Origin: Bacilli bacterium
Lineage (GTDB): Bacteria; Bacillota_I; Bacilli_A; RF39; UBA660
DNA length: 64,000 nucleotides
Assembly: GCA_030531695.1 (NCBI GenBank)
Contig: JAUNMV010000001.1
Location: forward strand, 9,137-73,136
Direction: 5' to 3'
The notes under the pieces: generated by a model
Databases searched by the model: none
What the model was told of the DNA's origin: nothing
The model's input: the letters and a program-made list of their open reading frames with translations, nothing else
Position numbers and translations under genes: made by a program
Shown here: positions 1-8,121 of the stretch, piece by piece
Numbering within the stretch: position 1 is the stretch's first letter
Layout: each line of letters opens with the position of its first letter

Positions 1-1
1 T

Positions 2-760
2 ACAGTTACAGTTTTAGGTGTTGTTGCCGCAATAATAGTACTATACGTAGCATATATTATGCGTGTAAATGCAGCAGTATCTCCTATCTCTGTTCCTTAT
101 GCTACAGCTCAAATTTCCCCAGGGGAACAAATTACTCAAAGTGTAGTAGGTACACGAGATGTTCCACCAGCAATGTTAAAGGGAAAAGTAATTAAAAATC
201 AATATGATGTAATAAATAAATATGCGAGTGCAAATTCAGTTATTCCAAAAGGAAGTTTATTCTATGAATCTGCAGTTGTAGAAAAAGAACAATTACCAGA
301 AAATGTTATTTTAGATTATCCATCAGGATATGTTCTATATAATATGGCAGTAACTCCAGAAGTTACTTATGGTAATTCAATGTATCCTGGAAATTATATT
401 GATATTTATCTAAAGGCAGTTAATAAAGTAACAGATGATAGATTTTTAACATCAGATGCTGATAAAATGATGCTTGGAAAATTACTAGAAAACATTAAAA
501 TTCTAGCAGTACAAGATTCAGCTGGTAAAGCAGTATTTGCAGATTTAGATGAACAAAAAACACCTGCAATGTTAATATTCGCAGTACCAGAAGAGTATTA
601 TATCTTATTAAAAAAAGCAGAATTTTTAAGTGTCTATGAATCAACATTAATTCCAGTTCCAACTAATGAATCTTTAAAAGATAAGCCTGGAGATTTAAAA
701 TTATCAAGTACTGATTTAAAAGACTGGATTAATAAGGTAACTATTTGGACAGATAAATAA
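2..760 (+). CDS. CpaB/RcpC-like Flp-pilus assembly protein (SAF domain), 5' end off-window
   Basis: The frame is open back to base 2 (TVTVLGVVAAIIVLYVAYI looks like the membrane anchor). Roughly half of the residues are identical to ORF 909..1718. It has a SAF-like N-domain (VPYA..Q...G.QIT) and a GNYIDIYLK...ILAV...AMLIFAVPEEYYILL C-domain as in CpaB. Confidence 0.6.
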   Translation, partial: TVTVLGVVAAIIVLYVAYIMRVNAAVSPISVPYATAQISPGEQITQSVVGTRDVPPAMLKGKVIKNQYDVINKYASANSVIPKGSLFYESAVVEKEQLPENVILDYPSGYVLYNMAVTPEVTYGNSMYPGNYIDIYLKAVNKVTDDRFLTSDADKMMLGKLLENIKILAVQDSAGKAVFADLDEQKTPAMLIFAVPEEYYILLKKAEFLSVYESTLIPVPTNESLKDKPGDLKLSSTDLKDWINKVTIWTDK

Positions 761-790
761 AAAGAAAACTAAAAAAGTTTTCTTTTTTTT
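760..790 (+). terminator. Rho-independent terminator after the first cpaB-like gene
   Basis: Hairpin agaaaac/gttttct followed by a T8 run. Confidence 0.6.
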
Positions 791-848
791 ACCCTTTAAA
801 CATATAAATATGATAAAATTAAAAGTATAGTAAGATATCGTGCAGTAA

Positions 849-876
849 TTGACTTATTTTGAATTTATGCTAAAAT
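849..876 (+). promoter_or_regulatory. Sigma-A-type promoter candidate for the operon starting at 909
   Basis: TTGACT, 16-nt spacer, TAAAAT. Confidence 0.4.
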
Positions 877-908
877 TAGAATAGGGAAAATAGAAGGGAA
901 GAATAACA

Positions 909-1718
909 ATGGGGAATTTAATACTAAGTCTAAAAAAAGTTATTATAAATAAAAATTCAGTAACTATATTAGGTTTAATTTTATGTATATTTATAATTTT
1001 TTACAGCTATAACAAACGTGTTTCAGATTCTATTAATCCAATAACAGTTCCTTATGCTAAAACTCAAATCTTATCAGGTACTCAAATTACAAATAAAATG
1101 GTAGGAATTACACAAGTACCTCCATCAATGTTAGAAGGAGATGTAATTACTAATGTATCTGATGTAGTAGATAAATACACTAATGCAGATACTATGATAC
1201 CTGAAGGTAGTTTATTCTATAAAAGAGCAGTTGTAGCAAGAGAAGATCTTCCTGCAAATATAATATTAGATTATCCTACAGGATATGTTTTATATAACAT
1301 GAAGGTTAATACAGAATCTACTTATGGTAATCAAGTATATCCTGGAAATTATATAGATATTTATTTAAAAGTAGAAACTCAATCATTAACAGGAGATATT
1401 ACTAATAAACGTGCAGATGATAAAGTAATGGTTGGTAAGATGTTTTCTCATGTAAAAGTAATATCAGTATTAGATAAAGATGGTAATGCAATATTTAAAA
1501 AAGATAATAATGCTGGACCACCAGCAATGATAATATTTGCTATTCCAGAAGAGTATTACATATTACTAACAAAAGCTTTTTACTTAAGAAGCTATTATTC
1601 AACATTAATACCAGTACCAACAAATGAATCTTTAAAAGAATCTCCTGGAGAATTAGAAATGTCCAGTGAATATTTAAAAGAGTGGATTAATGCTGTTACT
1701 ATATGGACAGATAATTAA
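909..1718 (+). CDS. CpaB/RcpC-like Flp-pilus assembly protein (SAF domain), paralog 2
   Basis: N-terminal TM anchor, SAF-like domain and GNYIDIYLKV...VKVISVLD...AMIIFAIPEEYYILL. Paralogous to 2..760. Confidence 0.6.
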   Translation: MGNLILSLKKVIINKNSVTILGLILCIFIIFYSYNKRVSDSINPITVPYAKTQILSGTQITNKMVGITQVPPSMLEGDVITNVSDVVDKYTNADTMIPEGSLFYKRAVVAREDLPANIILDYPTGYVLYNMKVNTESTYGNQVYPGNYIDIYLKVETQSLTGDITNKRADDKVMVGKMFSHVKVISVLDKDGNAIFKKDNNAGPPAMIIFAIPEEYYILLTKAFYLRSYYSTLIPVPTNESLKESPGELEMSSEYLKEWINAVTIWTDN

Positions 1719-1732
1719 AAGGGGTGATATAA

Positions 1733-3034
1733 ATGAACGGAAGTATTTTTGATAAATTAGATTTTGGTCCATTTAGACCATTACTAGATGATGACGATAT
1801 TACAGATATTTCTTACGATAATGGTGGCCAAATTTGGATTCGTTCGCTAACTCAAGGTTCAATGAGAGTTGAAGTTGAAGGAGCTACACCAGAATTCGTA
1901 GAAAAATTAGCATTCCAATGTTCTAACGTTATGGGTACAACATTCAACAATGCCAAACCATTCCTAGATGCTGAGAGTGCTGAATTACGTATGAACTTCG
2001 TTCACCAATCTATAGCAACAAACGGTATTGCTTTAGTTATACGTAAAACACCAGCAAAAATAAGATTAGAGAAGAATAAATTAATAGATGAAAAATATTT
2101 TACAGAAAATATTCACGACTTTTTAATGAAGTGTGTAGAAGGTCACTGTAATATTATGGTAGCTGGAGAAACTGGTTCAGGTAAAACTGAGTTCGTTAAA
2201 TATCTAGCATCTCATACTAAATCAAATGAAAAAATAATAACAATAGAAGATACACTAGAATTACACTTAGATAAAATTTTCCCACAAAGAGATATAGTTG
2301 CAATGAAAACTAATAACGTTGCAAGTTACTCAGATGTATTAGTTACATGTATGCGTCAGAATCCAAAATGGATTCTATTATCAGAAGTTCGTTCTGCAGA
2401 AGCTGTTTCTGCTGTACGTAACTCTATTTCATCAGGACACAATATTTTATCAACAATCCATGCTGATAAAGCATCAGCAATCCCATATCGTCTTTATTCA
2501 TTAATGGAGACAGATCTAGATGTAAATCAATTCTTAAATACAATTTATAGATATATTCAAATCGGTATTCATATTAAAGCTTATTATAGTAAAGAATATG
2601 GTAATTTCCACCGTGAAATAGATGAAGTTACAGAATTCTATGTAGATGATAATAATGAACCAGTATCTCATACAATCTATAGAAAGAGTATGGGTAGAGA
2701 AGAAATGGTTAAACCTAGTAAACATTTAATAGAATATATTGAAAACCAAAACATTGAAATTGATAGTATTATTAAAGACTTACCAGAAGAGATGGCAGTA
2801 AAACAAGATGAATATAACTTAGAATCTGTAATGGAAGAAAGTAAAAAAGAAAATAGTATTGGTCAAGTACAACAACAAGTACAAGCTGCAGTAGCAAGTA
2901 CTCCACAACCACCAGTTCAACAACCTGTTCAACAAGTACAAGCTCCAACTCAACCTGCACAACAGATACAAGTACAACAAACATCTCAACAAATACCTAT
3001 GACACCTCCTATGCCACAGGCGTTAGGAAATTAG
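1733..3034 (+). CDS. CpaF/TadA-VirB11 superfamily secretion ATPase with a Q/P-rich C-terminal tail
   Basis: Walker A GETGSGKTE, Asp box IEDTLEL, Walker B-like WILLSEVR and His box GHNILSTIHA. The N-domain motif DITDISYDNGGQIWI is typical of the family. The last ~60 aa are VQQPVQQ-type low complexity. Confidence 0.8.
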   Translation: MNGSIFDKLDFGPFRPLLDDDDITDISYDNGGQIWIRSLTQGSMRVEVEGATPEFVEKLAFQCSNVMGTTFNNAKPFLDAESAELRMNFVHQSIATNGIALVIRKTPAKIRLEKNKLIDEKYFTENIHDFLMKCVEGHCNIMVAGETGSGKTEFVKYLASHTKSNEKIITIEDTLELHLDKIFPQRDIVAMKTNNVASYSDVLVTCMRQNPKWILLSEVRSAEAVSAVRNSISSGHNILSTIHADKASAIPYRLYSLMETDLDVNQFLNTIYRYIQIGIHIKAYYSKEYGNFHREIDEVTEFYVDDNNEPVSHTIYRKSMGREEMVKPSKHLIEYIENQNIEIDSIIKDLPEEMAVKQDEYNLESVMEESKKENSIGQVQQQVQAAVASTPQPPVQQPVQQVQAPTQPAQQIQVQQTSQQIPMTPPMPQALGN

Positions 3035-3044
3035 GAGGCAAGTT

Positions 3045-3947
3045 ATGTATATAGAAGAGTTATTTATAATTATTATATTTGCAGTAGCTATATACTTATA
3101 TAGAAACTATAAAGGAGAAAATGTAGGTAAATATGTTACTGGTCAAGTACAAGAAATGTATGATAAATTTGCTCCATATTCTTTCAAAGTAGTTCGTGAA
3201 AAGACTAAGGAATTAGGACAAGAATATACAGTTAGACAATATACAATACAAGTTATATTGATAGCTGGATTTGCAGGAATTGTAACATACTTATATTTTT
3301 ACAGTTTAATTATAAGTATAGTTTATATGGTAGTAGCAGTATTATTTATACCATACTTAGCTTATCTAAGATGTAATAAAGTTTATTCAGAATTTATATT
3401 TGAACAAATACAAGTATATACATCTAATACTATTATGGAGTTTGCTACAACACAATCATTTGTAAAAGCCCTAGAAGGTGTAAGATCATCTGGAGTGCTA
3501 GAAGATCCAGTATTAAGTGACGTAAATCATATGATTGATTTAGCATATAAGAATGGTACAATTGATGAATCACTTACGTATATGTCTCAATTATATCCAT
3601 TCTATATTGTAAAAAATATGCACCAATTATTCTTACAAATTACAAAAGAAGGTGCGAGAAATACAGCTGATTCATTAGATAACATGCAATCAGATATCGA
3701 TATGCTTATTGAAAGTGTATATCGAGATAGAATTGAAAGAGCTAACTTCCACAAATCATTCTTACAGTTTGGTGTAATGTTGTACCTGATGGTTATGTTA
3801 GTACAATACTTATTAGGTAGAGAAACATACCTAATGCTATTAAATAGGGCATTTATTCAAGTCTTACTTCACGGAGTATTAATAATAAATACATATTTCC
3901 TAATTAAAGGGGAAAAATATTATAACGAGAATGTAGGTGCTGAATAA
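3045..3947 (+). CDS. TadB-like inner-membrane platform protein (T2SS-F-like topology)
   Basis: Topology is TM, cytoplasmic helical domain, then C-terminal TM pair. It follows the ATPase by 10 nt, the usual TadA-TadB-TadC order. The call rests on topology and context only. Confidence 0.45.
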   Translation: MYIEELFIIIIFAVAIYLYRNYKGENVGKYVTGQVQEMYDKFAPYSFKVVREKTKELGQEYTVRQYTIQVILIAGFAGIVTYLYFYSLIISIVYMVVAVLFIPYLAYLRCNKVYSEFIFEQIQVYTSNTIMEFATTQSFVKALEGVRSSGVLEDPVLSDVNHMIDLAYKNGTIDESLTYMSQLYPFYIVKNMHQLFLQITKEGARNTADSLDNMQSDIDMLIESVYRDRIERANFHKSFLQFGVMLYLMVMLVQYLLGRETYLMLLNRAFIQVLLHGVLIINTYFLIKGEKYYNENVGAE

Positions 3948-4756
3948 TGGAGATATTAATAGTAGGAGCAATACTTATGTTTATCTTAATTTATAATAAT
4001 ACAATAGATAAAAATAAGTTTTTTGCAGATAATGAAAAATATTTAGAGGTAATCAGAGAAGAAGATTACACATTCTTAGTTTATGCTAAATATGGAGAAG
4101 ATGCTGATGCAGACCAGTTATACATGAAAAGAGTAACATTTGCAATTGTAATGTTCTTCATAGTATTAGCTTTTACAATGAGTGGAGGTAACTCATTAGA
4201 CTTTGTAAATTCCCAATTCTTCTTAAATTTAGTTTTATCTGCTGTAGTAGCATTTATATCATTTAAGATGAATTACTTCCAATTAAAAAATTATTATAAA
4301 GCGCACTTACATGAAATAGATATAATGTTACCATACTATTTAAAGAGTTTGGAAATTTTAATTCAACATTATACTGTACCTGTAGCTTTAGGTAAATCTA
4401 TAGAAGATGCACCTGAAATATTTAAACCTGGACTTCGTAAAATGATAGATAGAATCAATGCTGGAGATTCATCAGTAGATCCATATATGGAATTTGCTAA
4501 TACTTATCCAGTTAGAGATTCAATGCGTATGATGCGTTTATTATATCGTTTAGGTATAGGTTCACAAGAAAAGAAACAAGATAGACTTATGATGTTTTCA
4601 AGAACTGTATCATCATTACAAAATAAAGCAAGAGAAACAAAATATAAAGAAAGACTTAACACAATGGAACAACAAACAATGATTATGTTAGTTGTAACAG
4701 GTGTAGGAGTAATGCTTATTATTTTGATTTCAATGATGATGATGTTTAGTATCTAA
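3947..4756 (+). CDS. TadC-like inner-membrane platform protein
   Basis: TAATG stop/start overlap with the previous gene. Same TM, helical domain, TM layout. Confidence 0.45.
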   Translation: MEILIVGAILMFILIYNNTIDKNKFFADNEKYLEVIREEDYTFLVYAKYGEDADADQLYMKRVTFAIVMFFIVLAFTMSGGNSLDFVNSQFFLNLVLSAVVAFISFKMNYFQLKNYYKAHLHEIDIMLPYYLKSLEILIQHYTVPVALGKSIEDAPEIFKPGLRKMIDRINAGDSSVDPYMEFANTYPVRDSMRMMRLLYRLGIGSQEKKQDRLMMFSRTVSSLQNKARETKYKERLNTMEQQTMIMLVVTGVGVMLIILISMMMMFSI

Positions 4757-4762
4757 AAATTA

Positions 4763-4791
4763 TTGTAAAAAAAAAACAACGATGCTATAAT
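4763..4791 (+). promoter_or_regulatory. Strong promoter candidate upstream of the small pilin-like ORF; contains an A10 tract
   Basis: TTGTAA, 17-nt spacer, TGcTATAAT (extended -10). A10 homopolymer at 4767..4776 spans the -35/spacer. Confidence 0.5.
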
Positions 4792-4823
4792 TAATTTAGA
4801 ATAAAGGAAGGATGTGAAAGCTA

Positions 4824-4991
4824 ATGAAAGCAGCAACTGGAGAATTACAATTAACAGTTATTACAATGATCGCAATCGCAGCAATTATTGGTTTTTTCTG
4901 GATTTTATGGCCACAAATTCAAGAATCAATTAAAACTCAATGGACAAATATTAATAGTGATTACACTGGTTATATCGTGGTTAGAAAATAG
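4824..4991 (+). CDS. Small Flp/pilin-like protein (55 aa, not in the ORF track)
   Basis: MKAATGELQLTVITMIAIAAIIGFFWILWPQIQESIKTQWTNINSDYTGYIVVRK. It has a short polar leader ending in Gly, then a ~22-residue hydrophobic helix. AAAGGAAGG lies ~12 nt upstream. It sits between TadC-like and TadE-position genes. Confidence 0.5.
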   Translation: MKAATGELQLTVITMIAIAAIIGFFWILWPQIQESIKTQWTNINSDYTGYIVVRK

Positions 4992-5001
4992 GTGATAACT
5001 T

Positions 5002-5448
5002 ATGCGTGATGCAATGGGAGGCGTAGTTAACCTAGTAATTATAGTAGTATTCATGGTAATAGTATCTGGATATCTTGCATTTAATGTAAGTTATACTAGA
5101 GCATTTAGAGTTAAAAATAAAATTATTTCGACATATGAACAATATAATGGTAATTGTGAGAGTAATTCATCACCATGTATGACTCAAATTATGAAATACA
5201 TGCAAGAAATTGGATATGATATGAACCAACATATTGATTTACCAGGCTATAATTGTCGTAAAGGATTCTGTTCTAAAAGGGTAGATGCTGAAACAGATAT
5301 TAATCATAGAACAGTAGATGACAGAAATAGATGCTACTATAAAATCGTTACTCAAATAACAATTGATTTACCAATTATAAATAGAGTAATGCAAGGAATG
5401 GATACATTTAAAGTTAAAGGAGATACAAAATCCTTTATAGTAGAATAA
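5002..5448 (+). CDS. Membrane-anchored Cys-rich protein, possible minor pilin/TadE-position protein
   Basis: N-terminus MRDAMGG followed by a hydrophobic helix (VVNLVIIVVFMVIVSGYLAF). Six Cys in the exported part. Function not recognisable. Confidence 0.3.
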   Translation: MRDAMGGVVNLVIIVVFMVIVSGYLAFNVSYTRAFRVKNKIISTYEQYNGNCESNSSPCMTQIMKYMQEIGYDMNQHIDLPGYNCRKGFCSKRVDAETDINHRTVDDRNRCYYKIVTQITIDLPIINRVMQGMDTFKVKGDTKSFIVE

Positions 5449-5506
5449 TAGTTGGAGGAAATGTTGAATAGTCTAGTCAGATTAATAAAGACAGGAGGCT
5501 GATATA

Positions 5507-6571
5507 GTGAACGTTCTTGTTTTGAACGAACAACAAAATCAGTTACAATCTATAGAAGTAGATATAATTAAAAGTGTAACTGGTAAATTCGAGGCAAGTG
5601 AAATCGTTAACATGTTTAAAGACTTCTTCTTTAATAAAATGATACTGGATGTAACAGCTCTTAATCATTATGAAGATCCAACTACATACAAAAATATAGT
5701 TGATGGAATAAATCCAGATAAAGTCATTTTTTACTTACCAGAAGGAAGTGAACTTTGTACATCTGGATTTTTGTCTCGTCTAATAAATTATGGAATTTAT
5801 AATTTTACTACTAATAATGATGGAGTAAAATATCTAATAAAAAAATCAAATACACTTAAAGATGTAGAAAGCATAATTAAAATGGCTCAAGGAGCAAAAC
5901 AACAAACAAGTAATCCTGCTCCTGTTGTACAACAGCCAGTTCAACAACCTGTACAACAAAGAGAACCAGAAAGAAAAAACACATTTTTACCTGCAGACAT
6001 AGGAAATCAACCAATGGTAATAGGATTTCAAAATGTAACAGAACATGCTGGATCATCATCATTAGTTTATATGTTAAAGAAAGAACTTAATGAGGTGTAT
6101 AAAAATCAAGTATATGCAGTAGAAATAGATAAAAATGATTTTCTATCATATGGCGATAAGACTATGGTTTCCACAACAAAAGAACAAATTAGAACGTTAT
6201 TAACTAAATTAGAAAGTTGCAAAGTAATATTAGTAGATTTAAATAATGATACTGAAAATGATTTTTGCACAAAAGTAATATATCTGATGGAGCCAAGCAC
6301 AATAAAATTAAATACATTAATGAGAAAGAATAGAAATGCCGTAGAAGTTCTAAAAGGTAAAGATGTAATATTAAATCAAAGTTTATTAACACAAAAAGAA
6401 ATATCTGAATTCGAATATGAATCAGGTATTAAAGTACTATATAATATGCCGCCTTTAAATGATAGAAAAAGAAATGAGATTATAATTGATTTCTTAAGAA
6501 AAATAAGATTAATAGATGATAATTCTCATAATGGTGGAACAGGTAAAATTTTTGGCTTGTTTAGAAAGTAA
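5507..6571 (+). CDS. TadZ/CpaE-like protein: receiver-like N-domain, Q/P linker, ParA/MinD-fold domain with degenerate Walker A
   Basis: The C-domain has the MinD-like strand pattern (MVIGFQNV..., VILVDLNND, IYLMEPS, ILNQS). The P-loop position reads TEHAGSSS instead of KGGxGKT. GTG start with an AGGAGG-like SD. Confidence 0.4.
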   Translation: MNVLVLNEQQNQLQSIEVDIIKSVTGKFEASEIVNMFKDFFFNKMILDVTALNHYEDPTTYKNIVDGINPDKVIFYLPEGSELCTSGFLSRLINYGIYNFTTNNDGVKYLIKKSNTLKDVESIIKMAQGAKQQTSNPAPVVQQPVQQPVQQREPERKNTFLPADIGNQPMVIGFQNVTEHAGSSSLVYMLKKELNEVYKNQVYAVEIDKNDFLSYGDKTMVSTTKEQIRTLLTKLESCKVILVDLNNDTENDFCTKVIYLMEPSTIKLNTLMRKNRNAVEVLKGKDVILNQSLLTQKEISEFEYESGIKVLYNMPPLNDRKRNEIIIDFLRKIRLIDDNSHNGGTGKIFGLFRK

Positions 6572-6575
6572 GCAA

Positions 6576-6604
6576 TTGACAAATAAGGGTATATAAGATA
6601 TTAT
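6576..6604 (+). promoter_or_regulatory. Promoter candidate for the VirB2-like pilin gene
   Basis: TTGACA, 17-nt spacer, TATTAT. Confidence 0.5.
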
Positions 6605-6628
6605 AGTGTTAACGAAGGAGAGATGTAT

Positions 6629-6964
6629 ATGTCAAATTTAGTACAAATCGGAGTTGATTATTGCGGTGGATTAGGTCCAATCGTTAGAATTATAAAAAAA
6701 GGATTTATGCCACTAGTACAAATCGCTATTCCAATTATTTTAATCGTTTATGGAGTAATCGATTTAGGAAAAGCAGTAATTGCAAGTGATGAAAAAGAAA
6801 TTAAGGCAGCTCAAAGTAGATTAATCAAAAGATGTATCTATGCAGCAGCAGTATTCTTAGTAGTATTTTTCGTTACAATCGTTATGAATTTAGTAGCAGC
6901 TGCAAAAGATGATACTAATTCTATCGATACTACAAGCTGGCAAAAATGCTGGAATAATATTTAG
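6629..6964 (+). CDS. VirB2/TrbC-like T4SS pilin-like protein
   Basis: ~110 aa with two hydrophobic helices flanking a short charged loop (IAIPIILIVYGVIDLGKAVIASDEKEIKAAQSRLIKRCIYAAAVFLVVFFVTIVMNLV). Start chosen at the ATG 6 nt after GAAGGAGAG. It has its own promoter and terminator. Confidence 0.55.
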   Translation: MSNLVQIGVDYCGGLGPIVRIIKKGFMPLVQIAIPIILIVYGVIDLGKAVIASDEKEIKAAQSRLIKRCIYAAAVFLVVFFVTIVMNLVAAAKDDTNSIDTTSWQKCWNNI

Positions 6965-6982
6965 TAGAATTAACGAAAGAAT

Positions 6983-7012
6983 AAATAGCAAACAAATTGC
7001 TATTTTTTTTTT
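6983..7012 (+). terminator. Rho-independent terminator after the pilin-like gene
   Basis: atagcaa/ttgctat hairpin followed by a T10 run. Confidence 0.6.
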
Positions 7013-7059
7013 CGTTTGATATAATTATTATGTTATAATGTATTTGGAGTGGACTTTTT

Positions 7060-8097
7060 ATGAAAAATAACAAATTTATTAAAATATCATTATTAATAAT
7101 CTTAGTGACATTCATGTCACTTTTTCCTATAGATACTATGGCTAAAGAGCTAATTTGTAACTATAATTATGACGGAAATAATCTACAATACGTATTAAAA
7201 AATAATAAATTAACTAGTCCTATAAAAGATGGACAAAAAATTAATAATAAAAGCTGGTATAATAGTTCAAGTTTTGATGAAATATTTATCTCATCAACAA
7301 GATCAACTAAAGGCGATTTATGTCCTACAATAGTAGTTGAAGATAACGAACTATTTAATACAGTATTTGTAAATTATAGAGATGAAAAAGATTGTAATGG
7401 AAAATGTACACAACTTACTTCAACTAGTAATAATTTAAAAGTAGAAGAAACAAAAATTATTACAGCTGTTGGAGTATACAATAGTGATAGCTATTTTATT
7501 CCATCATTTAGAAAAATAAGTGATAATACAATAGAATGGTCACTTGATAATAGTAAGTACAGTAGCATTAATGATGCAATAAAATTAGATAAGAAAAGTA
7601 TAGTAAAAATAGATGAAAAAATAATTAAAAATTTATTTACTAATAATGATAATTCAGCTAAAATATACAGATGTGTTTTTACATCAGGTAAAAAAGTAAT
7701 TTATAACTTACAAGAAAATGAAACAAGTTGTAAAAATGACTTAAGTAAAAATGATAAACAAGGCTATGTAGCTAATTCTTATGACGGTAACAAAGGTGCA
7801 GGAAACTGTAAGAGTACAGTTTTAGGTGATCCTAAAGATGAAAACTCAGTAGCATGGTTACTACAACAGTTATTAAATTACATGCGAATTTTAGGACCTA
7901 TGATAGTTTTAATAATGAGTGCAGTTGATTTTGCCAAAGCAATCGTTATGGGCGATGATGAAACAATGCAAAAGTGTTATAAAAAATTAATTAAGAGACT
8001 AATCTTAGCAATGTTATTATTCTTCGTTCCAACACTTGTTACTATTTTATTAAATGTATTTGGATTTGTTGGAGATCCAATATGTGTTTTAGATTAG
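7060..8097 (+). CDS. Secreted Cys-rich protein with a C-terminal VirB2-like hairpin
   Basis: Signal peptide (MKNNKFIKISLLIILVTFMSLFPIDTMA), a ~230-aa Cys-containing domain, and a C-terminus ILGPMIVLIMSAVDFAKAIVMGDDETMQKCYKKLIKRLILAMLLFFVPTLVTILLNVF that aligns with the 6629..6964 product. Confidence 0.5.
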   Translation: MKNNKFIKISLLIILVTFMSLFPIDTMAKELICNYNYDGNNLQYVLKNNKLTSPIKDGQKINNKSWYNSSSFDEIFISSTRSTKGDLCPTIVVEDNELFNTVFVNYRDEKDCNGKCTQLTSTSNNLKVEETKIITAVGVYNSDSYFIPSFRKISDNTIEWSLDNSKYSSINDAIKLDKKSIVKIDEKIIKNLFTNNDNSAKIYRCVFTSGKKVIYNLQENETSCKNDLSKNDKQGYVANSYDGNKGAGNCKSTVLGDPKDENSVAWLLQQLLNYMRILGPMIVLIMSAVDFAKAIVMGDDETMQKCYKKLIKRLILAMLLFFVPTLVTILLNVFGFVGDPICVLD

Positions 8098-8121
8098 CAA
8101 AATCATAAAGAGGTGAATTGA

